From assembly GCF_044324785.1 (NCBI RefSeq), contig NZ_CP172127.1: a stretch of 64,000 bases of DNA. One strand, 5' to 3'. Origin of the DNA: Escherichia coli (lineage in GTDB: Bacteria; Pseudomonadota; Gammaproteobacteria; Enterobacterales; Enterobacteriaceae). Shown here one piece after another: positions 12,488-24,641 of this stretch; positions within the stretch are counted from its first letter, which is position 1, and each line of letters begins with the position of its first letter. Both the position numbers and the translations under genes were made by a program. The notes beneath the pieces are model-generated. The model was not told the origin of the DNA, ran no database searches, and was given only the letters and a program-made list of their open reading frames with translations.

Positions 12488-12524
12488 ATTTGCTTGCCGG
12501 AAGCAAAATAACCGGCAAGCAAAT
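12488..12524. terminator. 13-bp-stem hairpin between convergent ribA and acnA
   Basis: atttgcttgccgg-aagcaaaataa-ccggcaagcaaat; no strong T-run on either side. Confidence 0.5.
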
Positions 12525-12529
12525 ACTCG

Positions 12530-15205
12530 TTACTTCAACATATTACGAATGACATAATGCAAAATGCCGTCGTTCTGGTAGTAGGTCAACTCCGTCGCGG
12601 TGTCGATACGACAACGGCAGGGTACGACTTCCTGGCTACCATCCGCGCGCGTAAGCGTCACCGGAACCGTCGCGCCGGGTTGTAGATTTTGCAGATCGCC
12701 AATATCAATCTTCTCTTCCCCGGTTAGCTCTAACGTTTTACGCGTCACGCCTTGCGGAAATTCCAGCGGCAGGATGCCCATGCCAATTAAATTCGAGCGG
12801 TGAATTCGTTCAAACGATTCGGCAATCACAACACGAATACCAAGCAGACGCGGACCTTTTGCCGCCCAGTCACGGCTGGAGCCTGATCCATACTCTTTAC
12901 CGGCAATCACCGCCAGCGGCGTTTGCTCCTGCTTATAGCGCATCGCGGCATCATAAATAGAGATGACCTCGCTGTCAGGTAAATGCCGCGTCATCCCCCC
13001 TTCAACGCCAGGCACCATTTCATTACGGATGCGAATATTGGCGAAGGTGCCGCGCATCATCACTTCATGGTTACCACGCCGCGAACCGTAGGAGTTAAAG
13101 TCTTTGCGCTCAACACCCCGACCTTGTAGATATCGCCCCGCCGGGCTATCGGGCTTAATGCTGCCCGCCGGAGAGATATGGTCAGTGGTGACCGAATCCC
13201 CCAGCATTGCGAGGATCCGCGCACCGTGAATATCTTCCACAGGTGCTGGTGTTGCCTGCATTTCATCAAAGAAAGGCGATAAGCGAATATAGGTTGAATC
13301 TTCCTGCCAACCGTAGGTATCGGATCGTGTGACGTTAATTTCCTTCCACTCTGCTGTGCCTTCAAAAACTTCTGCGTACTCTTTGCGGAACATTTCTGTG
13401 GAGACTTGTTCTACCGCACGGGCAATTTCTTGTGCCGAGGGCCAGATATCTTTCAGATATACCGGGTCGCCTTTACGATCGTGACCAATAGGCTCAGAAG
13501 CGAGGTTAATATTCATATTTCCCGCCAGCGCATAGGCAACCACCAGCGGCGGCGAGGCCAGCCAGTTAGTTTTAACCAGCGGATGGATACGGCCTTCAAA
13601 GTTACGGTTGCCGGACAGCACCGCACCGACGGTTAAATCACCTTTTTTGATTGCCGTTTCGATAGGATCGGGCAATGGACCAGAGTTACCAATACAGGTG
13701 GTACAACCGTATCCCACAAGGTTAAATCCCAGTTCATCGAGATACGGTGTCAGTTTCGCTTTTGCCAGATAATCAGAAACGACTTTCGAGCCTGGTGCCA
13801 GCGACGCTTTGACCCACGGTTGCCGCTTGAGGCCCAGAGTTACAGCTTTTTTCGCCAGCAAACCTGCGGCCATCAGCACACTTGGGTTAGAGGTGTTGGT
13901 GCACGACGTTATCGCAGCAATGACCACCGCGCCATCAGGTAACTGATACTGATGTCCATTCATAACATAATCGACCGGCTGGCGATCTTTATGCGTGGCA
14001 TTCACTTCCAGTTCGTTACTGGCGGCAAATGCTTTTGGTACATCGGGCAGTGCAACGCGATCCTGTGGGCGTTTTGGCCCTGCCAGGCTCGCTTCAACGT
14101 CATTCATATCCAGTTCTAACGTACTGGTAAAAATCGGTTCATCGCCCGGGTTACGCCACATGCCCTGCGCTTTGGCATATTTTTCGACCAACTCGACCTG
14201 ATCTTCGCTGCGCCCGCTTAAACGCATGTAATCGAGGGTTACAGCATCGATTGGGAAGAAGCCACAGGTGGCACCATATTCTGGCGACATATTGGCAATG
14301 GTGGCGCGATCCGCCAACGGTAGTGAATCCAGACCATCACCATAAAATTCGACGAATTTCCCCACCACGCCATGTTTGCGCAGCATTTGGGTAACAGTGA
14401 GAACCAGGTCTGTGGCGGTAATACCTTCACGTAATTTTCCGGTAAGTTTAAAGCCCACTACGTCCGGGATAAGCATGGAAACCGGCTGGCCTAACATTGC
14501 GGCTTCGGCTTCGATGCCACCCACGCCCCACCCCAGCACGCCAAGGCCGTTGATCATGGTGGTGTGCGAGTCAGTACCAACGAGTGTATCCGGATAAGCA
14601 ATCCATTCACCGTCCTGCAATTCGCTCCACACTGCTTTGCCGAGATATTCGAGGTTAACCTGATGGCAAATGCCTGTGCCTGGCGGCACGACGCTAAAAC
14701 GACTGAACGCCTGCTTTCCCCATTTCAGGAACACATAACGTTCGTGGTTGCGCTCCATTTCCAGGCGCACGTTTTCTTCAAATGCCTCATCATCACCAAA
14801 ACGATCGACGGTCACCGAGTGGTCAATGACCAGGTCGACCGGTGAGAGCGGGTTAACCTTTGCAGTATCGCCGCCGAGGCGTTTAACCGCTTCGCGCATT
14901 GCCGCCAGATCAACAACGGCAGGTACGCCGGTAAAGTCCTGCATCAGCACCCTTGCCGGGCGGTAGGCAATTTCACGGTCAGCATGGGCATTTTTCAGCC
15001 ATCCCGCCAGCGCGTAGATATCCTCTTCGGTAACCGAGTTACCATCCTGCCAGCGCAGCAGGTTTTCGAGCAAAACTTTGAGTGACTTAGGCAGACGGGT
15101 GATATCGCCCAGTGATTTGGCAGCAAGCGGCAGGCTGTAGTAGTGGTAAGTTTTATCTTTGGCCTGCAACGTGTCCTTACTGGCTTCTCGTAGGGTTGAC
15201 GACAT
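12530..15205 (-). CDS. acnA: aconitate hydratase A
   Basis: 891-aa [58 protein letters not shown]...; recognised AcnA. Confidence 0.95.
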   Translation of the reverse strand: MSSTLREASKDTLQAKDKTYHYYSLPLAAKSLGDITRLPKSLKVLLENLLRWQDGNSVTEEDIYALAGWLKNAHADREIAYRPARVLMQDFTGVPAVVDLAAMREAVKRLGGDTAKVNPLSPVDLVIDHSVTVDRFGDDEAFEENVRLEMERNHERYVFLKWGKQAFSRFSVVPPGTGICHQVNLEYLGKAVWSELQDGEWIAYPDTLVGTDSHTTMINGLGVLGWGVGGIEAEAAMLGQPVSMLIPDVVGFKLTGKLREGITATDLVLTVTQMLRKHGVVGKFVEFYGDGLDSLPLADRATIANMSPEYGATCGFFPIDAVTLDYMRLSGRSEDQVELVEKYAKAQGMWRNPGDEPIFTSTLELDMNDVEASLAGPKRPQDRVALPDVPKAFAASNELEVNATHKDRQPVDYVMNGHQYQLPDGAVVIAAITSCTNTSNPSVLMAAGLLAKKAVTLGLKRQPWVKASLAPGSKVVSDYLAKAKLTPYLDELGFNLVGYGCTTCIGNSGPLPDPIETAIKKGDLTVGAVLSGNRNFEGRIHPLVKTNWLASPPLVVAYALAGNMNINLASEPIGHDRKGDPVYLKDIWPSAQEIARAVEQVSTEMFRKEYAEVFEGTAEWKEINVTRSDTYGWQEDSTYIRLSPFFDEMQATPAPVEDIHGARILAMLGDSVTTDHISPAGSIKPDSPAGRYLQGRGVERKDFNSYGSRRGNHEVMMRGTFANIRIRNEMVPGVEGGMTRHLPDSEVISIYDAAMRYKQEQTPLAVIAGKEYGSGSSRDWAAKGPRLLGIRVVIAESFERIHRSNLIGMGILPLEFPQGVTRKTLELTGEEKIDIGDLQNLQPGATVPVTLTRADGSQEVVPCRCRIDTATELTYYQNDGILHYVIRNMLK

Positions 15206-15368
15206 AGCTCCTCCTTAATGACAGGGTTGCGAAGCCCTGATTCTCTTCAGGGTGAATATTAAAGATAACACAAACACCGCGTAACGATTTGATAACAACC
15301 CAAATTGATAAAAGAGGAGAATCCTTGTGGCAAAGCAAATGAAAACCCCGCCGCAGCGGGGTCAGGGA

Positions 15369-15464
15369 TCAGTGAGTAATGATCCAGAGGAGTTCGGCCC
15401 AGAAGAGCATCGACAGAGAAAATGCGCCCATCCAGGACCAATATTTCATATTTGTGTTGATCAT
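15369..15464 (-). CDS. candidate 31-codon small hydrophobic protein (MINTNMKYWSWMGAFSLSMLFWAELLWIITH)
   Basis: Hand-translated minus-strand ORF with plausible SD (aagggtg, about 6 nt spacer); below the 60-aa track cutoff; identity uncertain. Confidence 0.3.
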   Translation of the reverse strand: MINTNMKYWSWMGAFSLSMLFWAELLWIITH

Positions 15465-15577
15465 AGGCTACACCCTTAACGGTTATTACTTTGTGTTGAG
15501 ATAACTCAACCTGTTATTGCTGCGGTGTATTAAAAGCCCTTTAATTCATTAAAAATGGGTAATAAGAATGATGATAA

Positions 15578-15745
15578 TTATTGTTTCGGCTGATCATCTT
15601 CAGCAAACAGTTCTATAAAGGCTTGCTGCTGCGTTGTTAGTTGCCAGTCGTCTGGAATAACGACGGAACATTCCCGTTTCGTTTCTGGTTCATTGTCACT
15701 ATGCTGACATAATGGTGACGACTCCAGTTGCTCCTGACCGACCAT
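15578..15745 (-). CDS. yciX: small protein YciX
   Basis: ORF 15578..15766 trimmed to MVGQEQLESSPLCQHSDNEPETKRECSVVIPDDWQLTTQQQAFIELFAEDDQPKQ. Confidence 0.7.
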   Translation of the reverse strand: MVGQEQLESSPLCQHSDNEPETKRECSVVIPDDWQLTTQQQAFIELFAEDDQPKQ

Positions 15746-15747
15746 AG

Positions 15748-15888
15748 TTATCCCCACACTTTCCAAATCAGCAGTGCGACAACCACCCAGAAAAGAGCAG
15801 AACCAAGAAATACCGCCAGCCAGGCTTTGCGTTTTAATTCAGGGTCCCGGCGGGGTTCCTGATTTCCAGAAGGCATTGCTAACCTCAT
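15748..15888 (-). CDS. ymiA: small membrane protein YmiA
   Basis: Hand translation MRLAMPSGNQEPRRDPELKRKAWLAVFLGSALFWVVVALLIWKVWG; stop sits 2 nt before the yciX ATG. Confidence 0.7.
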   Translation of the reverse strand: MRLAMPSGNQEPRRDPELKRKAWLAVFLGSALFWVVVALLIWKVWG

Positions 15889-16206
15889 ATAATCGCCATC
15901 ACTTATCAGCAAGACGTTGAACGATTGGTGTAATTAATCATACGATGAGACAAATCCTAAAGAAACTTTAGTCAAAAATCCAGCGAATTTACGAATCGTC
16001 TCCAGTGAATAATTCAATCTTTTGACCTGAAATAGATATTTGAAAACTGGAGTTTGCGAGGCGGGTAATTAGACACTACTTTACAGGTAATTTACCCTAT
16101 AAATATGAGGGATAAAAATATTGTGCACGGTATACAAATAAGCAACAAAAGAGAATATATTCCGGCACCTTCGCTACATAAAAGGTGCCGAAAATAACGC
16201 AAGAAA

Positions 16207-17205
<999 letters not shown>

Positions 17206-17390
17206 TCAGAACATCGTTTTTTCGTCACACCTGGCGGGTGACTAATACGATTTAATAATAAAAAAGGTGCTAACTATAACCACTATATCATTTATAGCCT
17301 TAGTGTATAGGTGTGAAGAAAAAATAATATGCAATAAAAAAGGGCCGCTTTCGCGACCCTTTGTTTATAAAAACCTGACAGAATTAAAGG

Positions 17391-19988
17391 TTATTTTTTC
17401 CCTTCAACCCATTTGCCATCAACATAAAATGCTGACCAGCCAGTCGCCTTTCCGTCTTTTTCCGAAGAGACATATTGCTGTTTGGTTTTACGGCTAAAGC
17501 GAACCATGGTCTTATTACCTTCCGGATCCTGCTGTGGCGCATCGGCCAGATAACGCAGTTTTTCCGGCAGACGGTCGCGGAAGCGATAAAGCTCTTCCAC
17601 CAATGGCGCACGTGTTTCACGCGATTTCGGGAAGGTATTGGCCGCCAGGAACACACCGGCAGCACCGTCACGCAGCACGAAATAAGCATCTGATTTTTCG
17701 CACGGCAGCTCCGGTAATGGCACCGGATCTTCCTTCGGTGGTGCCACTTCGCCGTTACGTAAAATCTTACGTGTGTTTTTACACTCTTCGTTAGTGCAGG
17801 CCATGTATTTACCGAAACGCCCCATTTTCAGGTGCATTTCAGAGCCACATTTTTCACACTCAACGATCGGGCCGTCATAACCTTTAATGCGGAATTCGCC
17901 CTCTTCGATCTCGTAACCGTCGCAGGTTGGGTTATTACCACAGACATGCAACTTACGTTTCGGATCGATGAGATAGCTGTCCATCGCCGTGCCGCATTTC
18001 GGGCAACGACGTTTTGCGCGCAGCGCGTTGGTTTCAGCGTCTTCACCTTCCAGCACGTTCAGCACTTCGTTTTCCGGCACCAGGTTGATGGTGGTTTTGC
18101 AACGCTCTTTCGGTGGCAGAGCGTAGCCGGAACAGCCAAGGAATACCCCGGTGCTCGCTGTGCGAATCCCCATTTTGCGACCACAAGTCGGGCAGTCAAT
18201 GCTGGTCAGAACCATCTGGTTCGGACGCATCCCCCCCTCTTCCGGATCTTTTTCCGCTTTATCTAACTGCAGGGTGAAATCCGAGAAGAAGTGATCCAGT
18301 ACAGCTTTCCACTCTGCTTCGTGATTTGCCACCTGGTCGAGGCTGTTTTCCATCTGCGCGGTAAAGTCGTAGTTCATTAACTCACGGAAATTTTCTTCCA
18401 AGCGATCGGTGACAATTTCACCCATTTTTTCCGCGTAGAAACGACGATTTTCTACTCGCACATAGCCACGATCCTGAATGGTCGAAATGATCGACGCATA
18501 GGTAGACGGACGACCGATGCCGCGTTTTTCCAGCTCTTTAACCAACGATGCTTCACTGAAACGCGCTGGCGGCTTGGTAAAGTGCTGGGCTGGTGTCAGT
18601 TCAACGAGTGTCAAAGCATCGCCTTTATCGACTGCCGGTAAGATACGATCTTCATCGCCTTTACGCAGTGCAGGCATCACTTTCGTCCAGCCATCAAAGC
18701 GCAAAATACGACCGCGTGCTTTCAGGCGGAAATCGCCCGCACCAACGGTCAGCGTCGTGGAGTCATATTTCGCTGGGGTCATCTGGCAGGCAACGAACTG
18801 ACGCCAGATTAACTGGTACAGTTTCTGCGCATCTGCTTCCATATCCTTCAGCGATTCCGCCATCACATTGACGTCAGAAGGACGAATCGCTTCGTGCGCT
18901 TCCTGTGAGTTTTCTTTGCTGGCGTACTGATTCGGACTTTCCGGCAGATATTTCTTACCAAAATTATCGCTGATATAACCGCGAACCATATTTACCGCGT
19001 CCTGACTCAGGTTAGTGGAGTCGGTACGCATGTAAGTGATATAGCCTGCTTCATACAAACGCTGCGCCATCATCATGGTTTTTTTCACGCCAAATCCAAG
19101 ACGGGTGCTGGCAGCTTGTTGCAGCGTAGAGGTAATAAAAGGAGCGCCAGGTTTACTGGTTGTCGGTTTGTCTTCACGTTCCAGCACGCTGTAGCGCGCT
19201 TTTTCCAGCAGACTTACCGCAGCCTGAGTTTGTTCTTTGTTGACCGGACGGAACGGTTTGTCGTTCTGATGAGTCACCTGCAACGCCAACGCTTCACCAG
19301 ATGGCGTGGTCGTGCTGGCATCGACTTCCCAGAACTCTTCCGGCACGAACGCTTTAATTTCACGCTCACGCTCGACCACCAGGCGAACCGCCACCGACTG
19401 CACACGACCTGCAGACAGACCACGAGCGATCTTTTTCCACAGCAGCGGCGAAACCATATATCCCACCACGCGGTCCATAAAGCGACGCGCCTGCTGGGCA
19501 TTAACACGATCAATATTCAGCTCACCTGGTTTGTTAAATGCCTGGCGGATCGCGTTTTTAGTAATTTCGTTAAACACCACTCGGCTATAGCGCGCATCAT
19601 CACCACCAATCACTTCCCGCAGGTGCCATGCAATGGCTTCCCCTTCGCGGTCAAGGTCGGTTGCGAGATAGATGTGGTCTGCTTTTTCAGCCAGTTGTTT
19701 CAGTTCAGAGACGACCTTCTCTTTACCAGGCAACACTTCATAGTGCGCCTCCCAATTGTGCCACGGGTCAACCCCCATACGGTTGACGAGAGCGCCACGT
19801 TCATCCTTTTTAGGCTTTTTAGCCGTCTTGGTGGAGGTAGAGTCGGCACTCTTTTTGGCAGCTGAGCCACTGGTCGGCAAATCACGGATGTGACCGACGC
19901 TGGATTTCACCACGTAGTCACTACCCAGATACTTGTTGATCGTTTTGGCTTTTGCCGGGGACTCAACGATGACAAGAGCTTTACCCAT
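17391..19988 (-). CDS. topA: DNA topoisomerase I
   Basis: ORF 17391..20030 trimmed to [22 protein letters not shown]...; C-terminal zinc-ribbon Cys repeats. Confidence 0.95.
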   Translation of the reverse strand: MGKALVIVESPAKAKTINKYLGSDYVVKSSVGHIRDLPTSGSAAKKSADSTSTKTAKKPKKDERGALVNRMGVDPWHNWEAHYEVLPGKEKVVSELKQLAEKADHIYLATDLDREGEAIAWHLREVIGGDDARYSRVVFNEITKNAIRQAFNKPGELNIDRVNAQQARRFMDRVVGYMVSPLLWKKIARGLSAGRVQSVAVRLVVEREREIKAFVPEEFWEVDASTTTPSGEALALQVTHQNDKPFRPVNKEQTQAAVSLLEKARYSVLEREDKPTTSKPGAPFITSTLQQAASTRLGFGVKKTMMMAQRLYEAGYITYMRTDSTNLSQDAVNMVRGYISDNFGKKYLPESPNQYASKENSQEAHEAIRPSDVNVMAESLKDMEADAQKLYQLIWRQFVACQMTPAKYDSTTLTVGAGDFRLKARGRILRFDGWTKVMPALRKGDEDRILPAVDKGDALTLVELTPAQHFTKPPARFSEASLVKELEKRGIGRPSTYASIISTIQDRGYVRVENRRFYAEKMGEIVTDRLEENFRELMNYDFTAQMENSLDQVANHEAEWKAVLDHFFSDFTLQLDKAEKDPEEGGMRPNQMVLTSIDCPTCGRKMGIRTASTGVFLGCSGYALPPKERCKTTINLVPENEVLNVLEGEDAETNALRAKRRCPKCGTAMDSYLIDPKRKLHVCGNNPTCDGYEIEEGEFRIKGYDGPIVECEKCGSEMHLKMGRFGKYMACTNEECKNTRKILRNGEVAPPKEDPVPLPELPCEKSDAYFVLRDGAAGVFLAANTFPKSRETRAPLVEELYRFRDRLPEKLRYLADAPQQDPEGNKTMVRFSRKTKQQYVSSEKDGKATGWSAFYVDGKWVEGKK

Positions 19989-20367
19989 ATTCACCTTACC
20001 TAATTTGATTCTTCCAGGAATGCGTCGCACGTTGATAAACCTTCCACTGGCAACGAGTTACCGATATGGACTCGTTCTCTGTGGTTATCAACCCCTTGTC
20101 GTGACTCTGTTCACGAAAATTCAGGTGACTGAGTTAACAGGTCTTGGCCTACAGGCGCTATAGCACGACGGAATTTTGGTCGAATGTCAAGCAAATCTAT
20201 TGCCAGATTGACGAAAGCGTCACACTGTACCTGATAAAATCCGATACGCAACTTTATTAGCATGCAAAATCCAAAGTTGCCAGTAAGGCGCTCTTGCCAC
20301 CAGCGTGGTATATTTGTCTGCAAGCCATGCCTGGCGTAGACTAATGTCCTTGTTTAAGGAGTAAATA

Positions 20368-20619
20368 ATGAACAAAGAGACACAACCCATCGACCGCGAG
20401 ACGCTGTTGAAAGAGGCCAACAAAATCATTCGTGAGCATGAGGATACGCTCGCAGGGATTGAAGCCACCGGCGTCACGCAGCGTAATGGCGTGCTAGTAT
20501 TTACCGGCGACTACTTTTTAGATGAACAAGGATTGCCAACAGCCAAAAGCACCGCGGTGTTTAATATGTTCAAACACCTGGCCCATGTGCTTTCAGAAAA
20601 ATATCATCTGGTTGATTAA
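20368..20619 (+). CDS. yciN: YciN, small protein of unknown function
   Basis: 83-aa ORF between topA and sohB; synteny. Confidence 0.8.
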
Positions 20620-20623
20620 AACA

Positions 20624-20655
20624 AAACGCGAGGTCTTAGCCTCGCGTTTGTCTTT
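20624..20655. terminator. hairpin terminator between convergent yciN and sohB
   Basis: aaacgcgagg-tcttag-cctcgcgttt then ttgtctttt. Confidence 0.75.
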
Positions 20656-21704
20656 TACATCAATGGCTTTTGACCCCGCTGCCACCAGCGTAGCAACAAT
20701 CGATCGGCGCTCTCTGCCGCGCTGCCGGTGAATCGGTCAATGAGTCGTTTACGCTGCATATAGCGTACATTGACCACTTCACGGCCTTCCATCAGGCTAA
20801 GAATAACTTCATCACTGGTGTTGATTTCATCAACCAGGCCTTTCTCTACCGCCTGTTGTCCGTACCAGTGTTCACCCGTTGCCACCTGTTCAATATCCAG
20901 AGACGGACGCATACGCTTCACAAAATCTTTAAATAACTGATGCGTTTCGTTCAGCTCTTCGCGGAATTTCTCCCGCCCTTCTTCGGTGTTTTCACCCAGC
21001 AAGGTCAGCGTGCGCTTATACTGCCCGGCGGTGTGCAGTTCGATATCAATATCTTTGCTTTTCAGGAAGCGGTTAAAGTTGGGCATTTGTGCCACCACGC
21101 CAATGGAACCCACAATAGCAAACGGTGCGGAAACAATTTTGTCCGCCACACAGGCCATCATGTAACCGCCGCTGGCAGCGACTTTGTCTACCGTAACAGT
21201 TAAAGGAATGTTTTTATCACGCAGACGCTGCAGCTGCGAAGCCGCCAACCCGTAACCATGCACCATGCCACCAGGGCTTTCCAGACGGAGCACAACCTGA
21301 TCCTGCGGTTTGAATGCTGCGAGTACCGCCGTTATCTCTTCACGTAGCGAGTTCACTTCATGGGCGTCCATGCTGCCTTTAAAATCCAGCACCCAGACGC
21401 GAGGTTTACTGTCAGTTGCCACCTCGCCCAGTTTGGCTTTCGCTTTTGCTGCTTTCGCTTCTTGCTTGTGCTTTTTCTTCTGCGCTTTGTGCCACTGTTT
21501 TTGCTGATGTGAGTCCATCAGCGCCGCGGCCAGTTCTTCTTTCATCTCCTTATACTGTTCGCTGAGATTGTTGACCCGTAACTCGCCACGCTGGCGTTTA
21601 TTACGTTGAGCAACATTGACAATAATGGCGGCAATCGCCGCAATCGCTAGCACAACGGTAACGATTTTCGCCAAAAACAAACCATATTCAGACAACAATT
21701 CCAC
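20655..21704 (-). CDS. sohB: periplasmic serine protease SohB (S49 family)
   Basis: 349-aa ORF with N-terminal TM segment and S49 peptidase-like body. Confidence 0.92.
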   Translation of the reverse strand: MELLSEYGLFLAKIVTVVLAIAAIAAIIVNVAQRNKRQRGELRVNNLSEQYKEMKEELAAALMDSHQQKQWHKAQKKKHKQEAKAAKAKAKLGEVATDSKPRVWVLDFKGSMDAHEVNSLREEITAVLAAFKPQDQVVLRLESPGGMVHGYGLAASQLQRLRDKNIPLTVTVDKVAASGGYMMACVADKIVSAPFAIVGSIGVVAQMPNFNRFLKSKDIDIELHTAGQYKRTLTLLGENTEEGREKFREELNETHQLFKDFVKRMRPSLDIEQVATGEHWYGQQAVEKGLVDEINTSDEVILSLMEGREVVNVRYMQRKRLIDRFTGSAAESADRLLLRWWQRGQKPLM

Positions 21705-21923
21705 GAGTCCCCACCTTGGTTAAACAACGCTTTGGCTCACAGTTTACAACAGGCATGTTAAGCCGTCTCGCAGAGATGTTATTGCAGCGAAAGTATGACA
21801 AAGTATCCATTTTGCGGTGTTATCGCCCCAGGCTGATTGAAATGCCCTTCTGTTTCAGGCATAAAGCCCCAAAGTCATAAAGTACACTGGCAGCGCGACA
21901 GACAACGTCGTTGAGGAGTAGCC

Positions 21924-22682
21924 ATGCATTACCAGCCAAAACAAGATTTACTCAATGATCGCATTATCCTGGTGACGGGAGCCAGTGATGGTATTGGTCG
22001 TGAAGCCGCGATGACGTATGCACGCTATGGTGCGACAGTGATTCTGTTGGGCCGTAATGAAGAAAAATTACGTCAGGTAGCCAGCCACATAAACGAAGAA
22101 ACTGGGCGTCAGCCACAGTGGTTTATTCTCGATTTGCTGACCTGCACGTCCGAAGATTGCCAACAACTGGCACAGCGCATTGCCGTTAATTATCCACGCC
22201 TGGATGGTGTTTTGCATAATGCCGGATTGCTCGGCGATGTTTGCCCAATGAGCGAACAAAATCCGCAGGTCTGGCAGGACGTCATGCAGGTCAACGTTAA
22301 TGCCACCTTTATGCTCACCCAGGCACTGCTTCCTTTATTACTCAAATCGGACGCCGGTTCACTGGTCTTTACTTCATCAAGCGTTGGACGTCAGGGACGA
22401 GCCAACTGGGGCGCATATGCAGCGTCGAAATTTGCCACCGAAGGGATGATGCAGGTACTGGCCGATGAATATCAGCAGCGCCTGCGCGTCAACTGCATTA
22501 ACCCAGGCGGTACGCGCACCGCAATGCGTGCCAGCGCCTTTCCGACCGAAGATCCACAGAAACTTAAAACCCCCGCTGATATCATGCCGCTCTACCTCTG
22601 GCTGATGGGCGATGACAGCCGCCGTAAGACCGGCATGACCTTTGACGCCCAACCGGGCCGTAAACCAGGAATTTCCCAATGA
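21924..22682 (+). CDS. yciK: short-chain dehydrogenase/reductase YciK
   Basis: 252-aa ORF with Rossmann motif VTGASDGIGRE and YAASK catalytic motif. Confidence 0.9.
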   Translation: MHYQPKQDLLNDRIILVTGASDGIGREAAMTYARYGATVILLGRNEEKLRQVASHINEETGRQPQWFILDLLTCTSEDCQQLAQRIAVNYPRLDGVLHNAGLLGDVCPMSEQNPQVWQDVMQVNVNATFMLTQALLPLLLKSDAGSLVFTSSSVGRQGRANWGAYAASKFATEGMMQVLADEYQQRLRVNCINPGGTRTAMRASAFPTEDPQKLKTPADIMPLYLWLMGDDSRRKTGMTFDAQPGRKPGISQ

Positions 22683-23269
22683 GTGATGAACGCTACCAAC
22701 AGCGTCAGCAGCGAGTGAAAGAAAAAGTAGATGCTCGTGTGGCCCAGGCCCAGGATGAACGCGGTATTATCATCGTCTTTACCGGCAATGGAAAAGGCAA
22801 AACCACCGCGGCATTTGGTACGGCAACACGCGCAGTTGGTCACGGAAAAAAAGTGGGCGTCGTGCAGTTTATTAAAGGCACCTGGCCTAACGGCGAACGA
22901 AAACTGCTGGAACCACACGGCGTTGAATTTCAGGTGATGGCAACGGGCTTTACCTGGGATACACAAAATCGCGAATCTGATACCGCCGCCTGTCGCGAAG
23001 TCTGGCAACATGCAAAGCGGATGCTTGCCAATCCTTCACTGGATATGGTTTTGCTCGATGAGCTGACGTATATGGTGGCGTATGACTATTTGCCACTGAA
23101 AGAAGTGGTGCAGGCGTTAAATGAACGTCCAAATCAGCAAACTGTCATTATTACAGGTCGGGGCTGTCATCGGGATATTCTTGAACTGGCGGATACGGTG
23201 AGTGAATTGCGCCCCATCAAACATGCGTTTGATGCCGGTGTAAAAGCGCAGATAGGGATTGACTACTAA
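22679..23269 (+). CDS. cobO: cob(I)yrinic acid a,c-diamide adenosyltransferase (CobO/BtuR)
   Basis: 196-aa ORF with P-loop GNGKGKTTAAFG; start overlaps yciK stop by 4 nt. Confidence 0.9.
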   Translation: MSDERYQQRQQRVKEKVDARVAQAQDERGIIIVFTGNGKGKTTAAFGTATRAVGHGKKVGVVQFIKGTWPNGERKLLEPHGVEFQVMATGFTWDTQNRESDTAACREVWQHAKRMLANPSLDMVLLDELTYMVAYDYLPLKEVVQALNERPNQQTVIITGRGCHRDILELADTVSELRPIKHAFDAGVKAQIGIDY

Positions 23270-23272
23270 GTG

Positions 23273-23306
23273 AAAGCACCTCAAAAGAAGCCTCTTGAGG
23301 TGCTTT
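23273..23306. terminator. 12-bp-stem hairpin at the cobO 3' end and left islet boundary
   Basis: aaagcacctcaa-aagaagcctc-ttgaggtgcttt read directly; no clean T-run on either strand, so terminator function is uncertain. Confidence 0.4.
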
Positions 23307-23320
23307 AATCATGATTATAT

Positions 23321-23629
23321 TCAAGCGGCAATAGCGAAATTCAGAATACGTGTAATCTCATTCAAATGTCCCTGATATGCTTCATGATTCTCAGCGTCAA
23401 CATCTTCAATAAATAATATCAGTTCAGTAATTAACGCATTAGCATCGTCATAATTTATCCCGGCTAACTCTGGCGAAGTTTCAGTACCGTAGTTAATCGT
23501 CAGGTTGTTCATAACTGTGAGGATATGGATAAAATATTTATGACAAACATTACATGTGGTTTTATTACCCAAAGTATTATACAGCATATCAAGTAATGCC
23601 AGTATTCTACGGTTTTGCACATCGTTCAT
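23321..23629 (-). CDS. hypothetical 102-aa protein, islet gene 2 (no signal peptide, CNVCH motif, acidic C-terminal half)
   Basis: ORF preceded by strong SD aggagg about 7 nt upstream of ATG; starts 10 nt after the stop of the upstream lipoprotein gene. Confidence 0.55.
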   Translation of the reverse strand: MNDVQNRRILALLDMLYNTLGNKTTCNVCHKYFIHILTVMNNLTINYGTETSPELAGINYDDANALITELILFIEDVDAENHEAYQGHLNEITRILNFAIAA

Positions 23630-23639
23630 AAAAAGCCTC

Positions 23640-24641
23640 CTATAACATTATTCCGCTGGCAATAAGTAATTTTGCCAGCCCCTCAGACGCCTTTAACCCA
23701 CTAATGACCTGTGCGCGTAATATTTCATTTAATCTTTTTTGTTCAGCTGCCGTGCGTGTTTTATTAACGTATAAGCTTTTCAGATAATCACCCTTATCTA
23801 TAAAGGCATTTAAAGCCTCAATCGCAGGCATGGCAGGTGCCGATGCCTGTAGTCTGGTTTCATTCACATTGATTACTGAACTTAGAAACTCCTTCCTGTT
23901 TTTCAGAGTGTTAAACTCTGTATTCTTAGAGTTTTTAGATGCCGTATTATAATAAAACATATTATCATGCACATTCGCAAAGGTATAATTTTCAATCTTA
24001 TTGCTTTTTGTATAAATATCATTGCGCAAAACTGCCATGTTCTTTATAAGTCTTACCCAGTTTTCATCTACCGTTTTGCCTATTTTTCCAGAATTGACTT
24101 TAATTATATATAACTCATTGAAATAATTTACCAAATCTTTAACCGCTGCTGCAGATTGAGCTAAATCTTTGCTATGTGAAACACCAAGTAGTGTTTGTGC
24201 GTTGTTTGCGTGATCCAGAGCCTGTTTAAGTAATGCCACTTGCTGACTTTCCGTAGTTGCCATATCCTTTGTCAGAAGTTCCACATAAGCGCTCATGCTA
24301 TTAATGACTTCCATTGAAGCCAGTAATTTTTCTTTCTCGAAAGGGACTAATTGTACTTGTTTTGTATTTGGCCCTGAACGCTGGCATAATTTTCCGCCAT
24401 TCCCATCACCGCCTATATCAATGGTATAATCAGGTCGCAGGGCACAATCCGGATTAGTCGCGTAGAAATTAACAAGGAAGTTTTCACGAGAAGCATAGTA
24501 TTGTTTAAAGAAACTTGCATTCGCCGCTACTGCTTTGTTACCCGCAGTAATAACAGTTTCAGCTTGTTCGTTTTTCAATGCTTCAGTTGCACAACCTGAA
24601 AGCATTAACAGCGATAGAAATATTCCACTATATCTAATCAT
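23640..24641 (-). CDS. hypothetical 333-aa lipoprotein, islet gene 1 (signal peptide + lipobox LSGC, Ala at +2)
   Basis: 1-kb ORF in roughly 30% GC DNA; MIRYSGIFLSLLMLSGCATE...; SD aagagg upstream; Asn/Lys/Ser-rich mature region. Confidence 0.65.
   Translation of the reverse strand: MIRYSGIFLSLLMLSGCATEALKNEQAETVITAGNKAVAANASFFKQYYASRENFLVNFYATNPDCALRPDYTIDIGGDGNGGKLCQRSGPNTKQVQLVPFEKEKLLASMEVINSMSAYVELLTKDMATTESQQVALLKQALDHANNAQTLLGVSHSKDLAQSAAAVKDLVNYFNELYIIKVNSGKIGKTVDENWVRLIKNMAVLRNDIYTKSNKIENYTFANVHDNMFYYNTASKNSKNTEFNTLKNRKEFLSSVINVNETRLQASAPAMPAIEALNAFIDKGDYLKSLYVNKTRTAAEQKRLNEILRAQVISGLKASEGLAKLLIASGIML

Noticed and set aside
15259-15441. 60-aa minus-strand ORF upstream of acnA
   Set aside because: Overlaps, in another frame, the more plausible 31-codon hydrophobic ORF (15369..15464); no SD; translation looks random.
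19116-19865. 249-aa plus-strand ORF inside topA
   Set aside because: Antisense to topA; Arg/Phe-rich nonsense-looking translation; the topA frame is intact across it.
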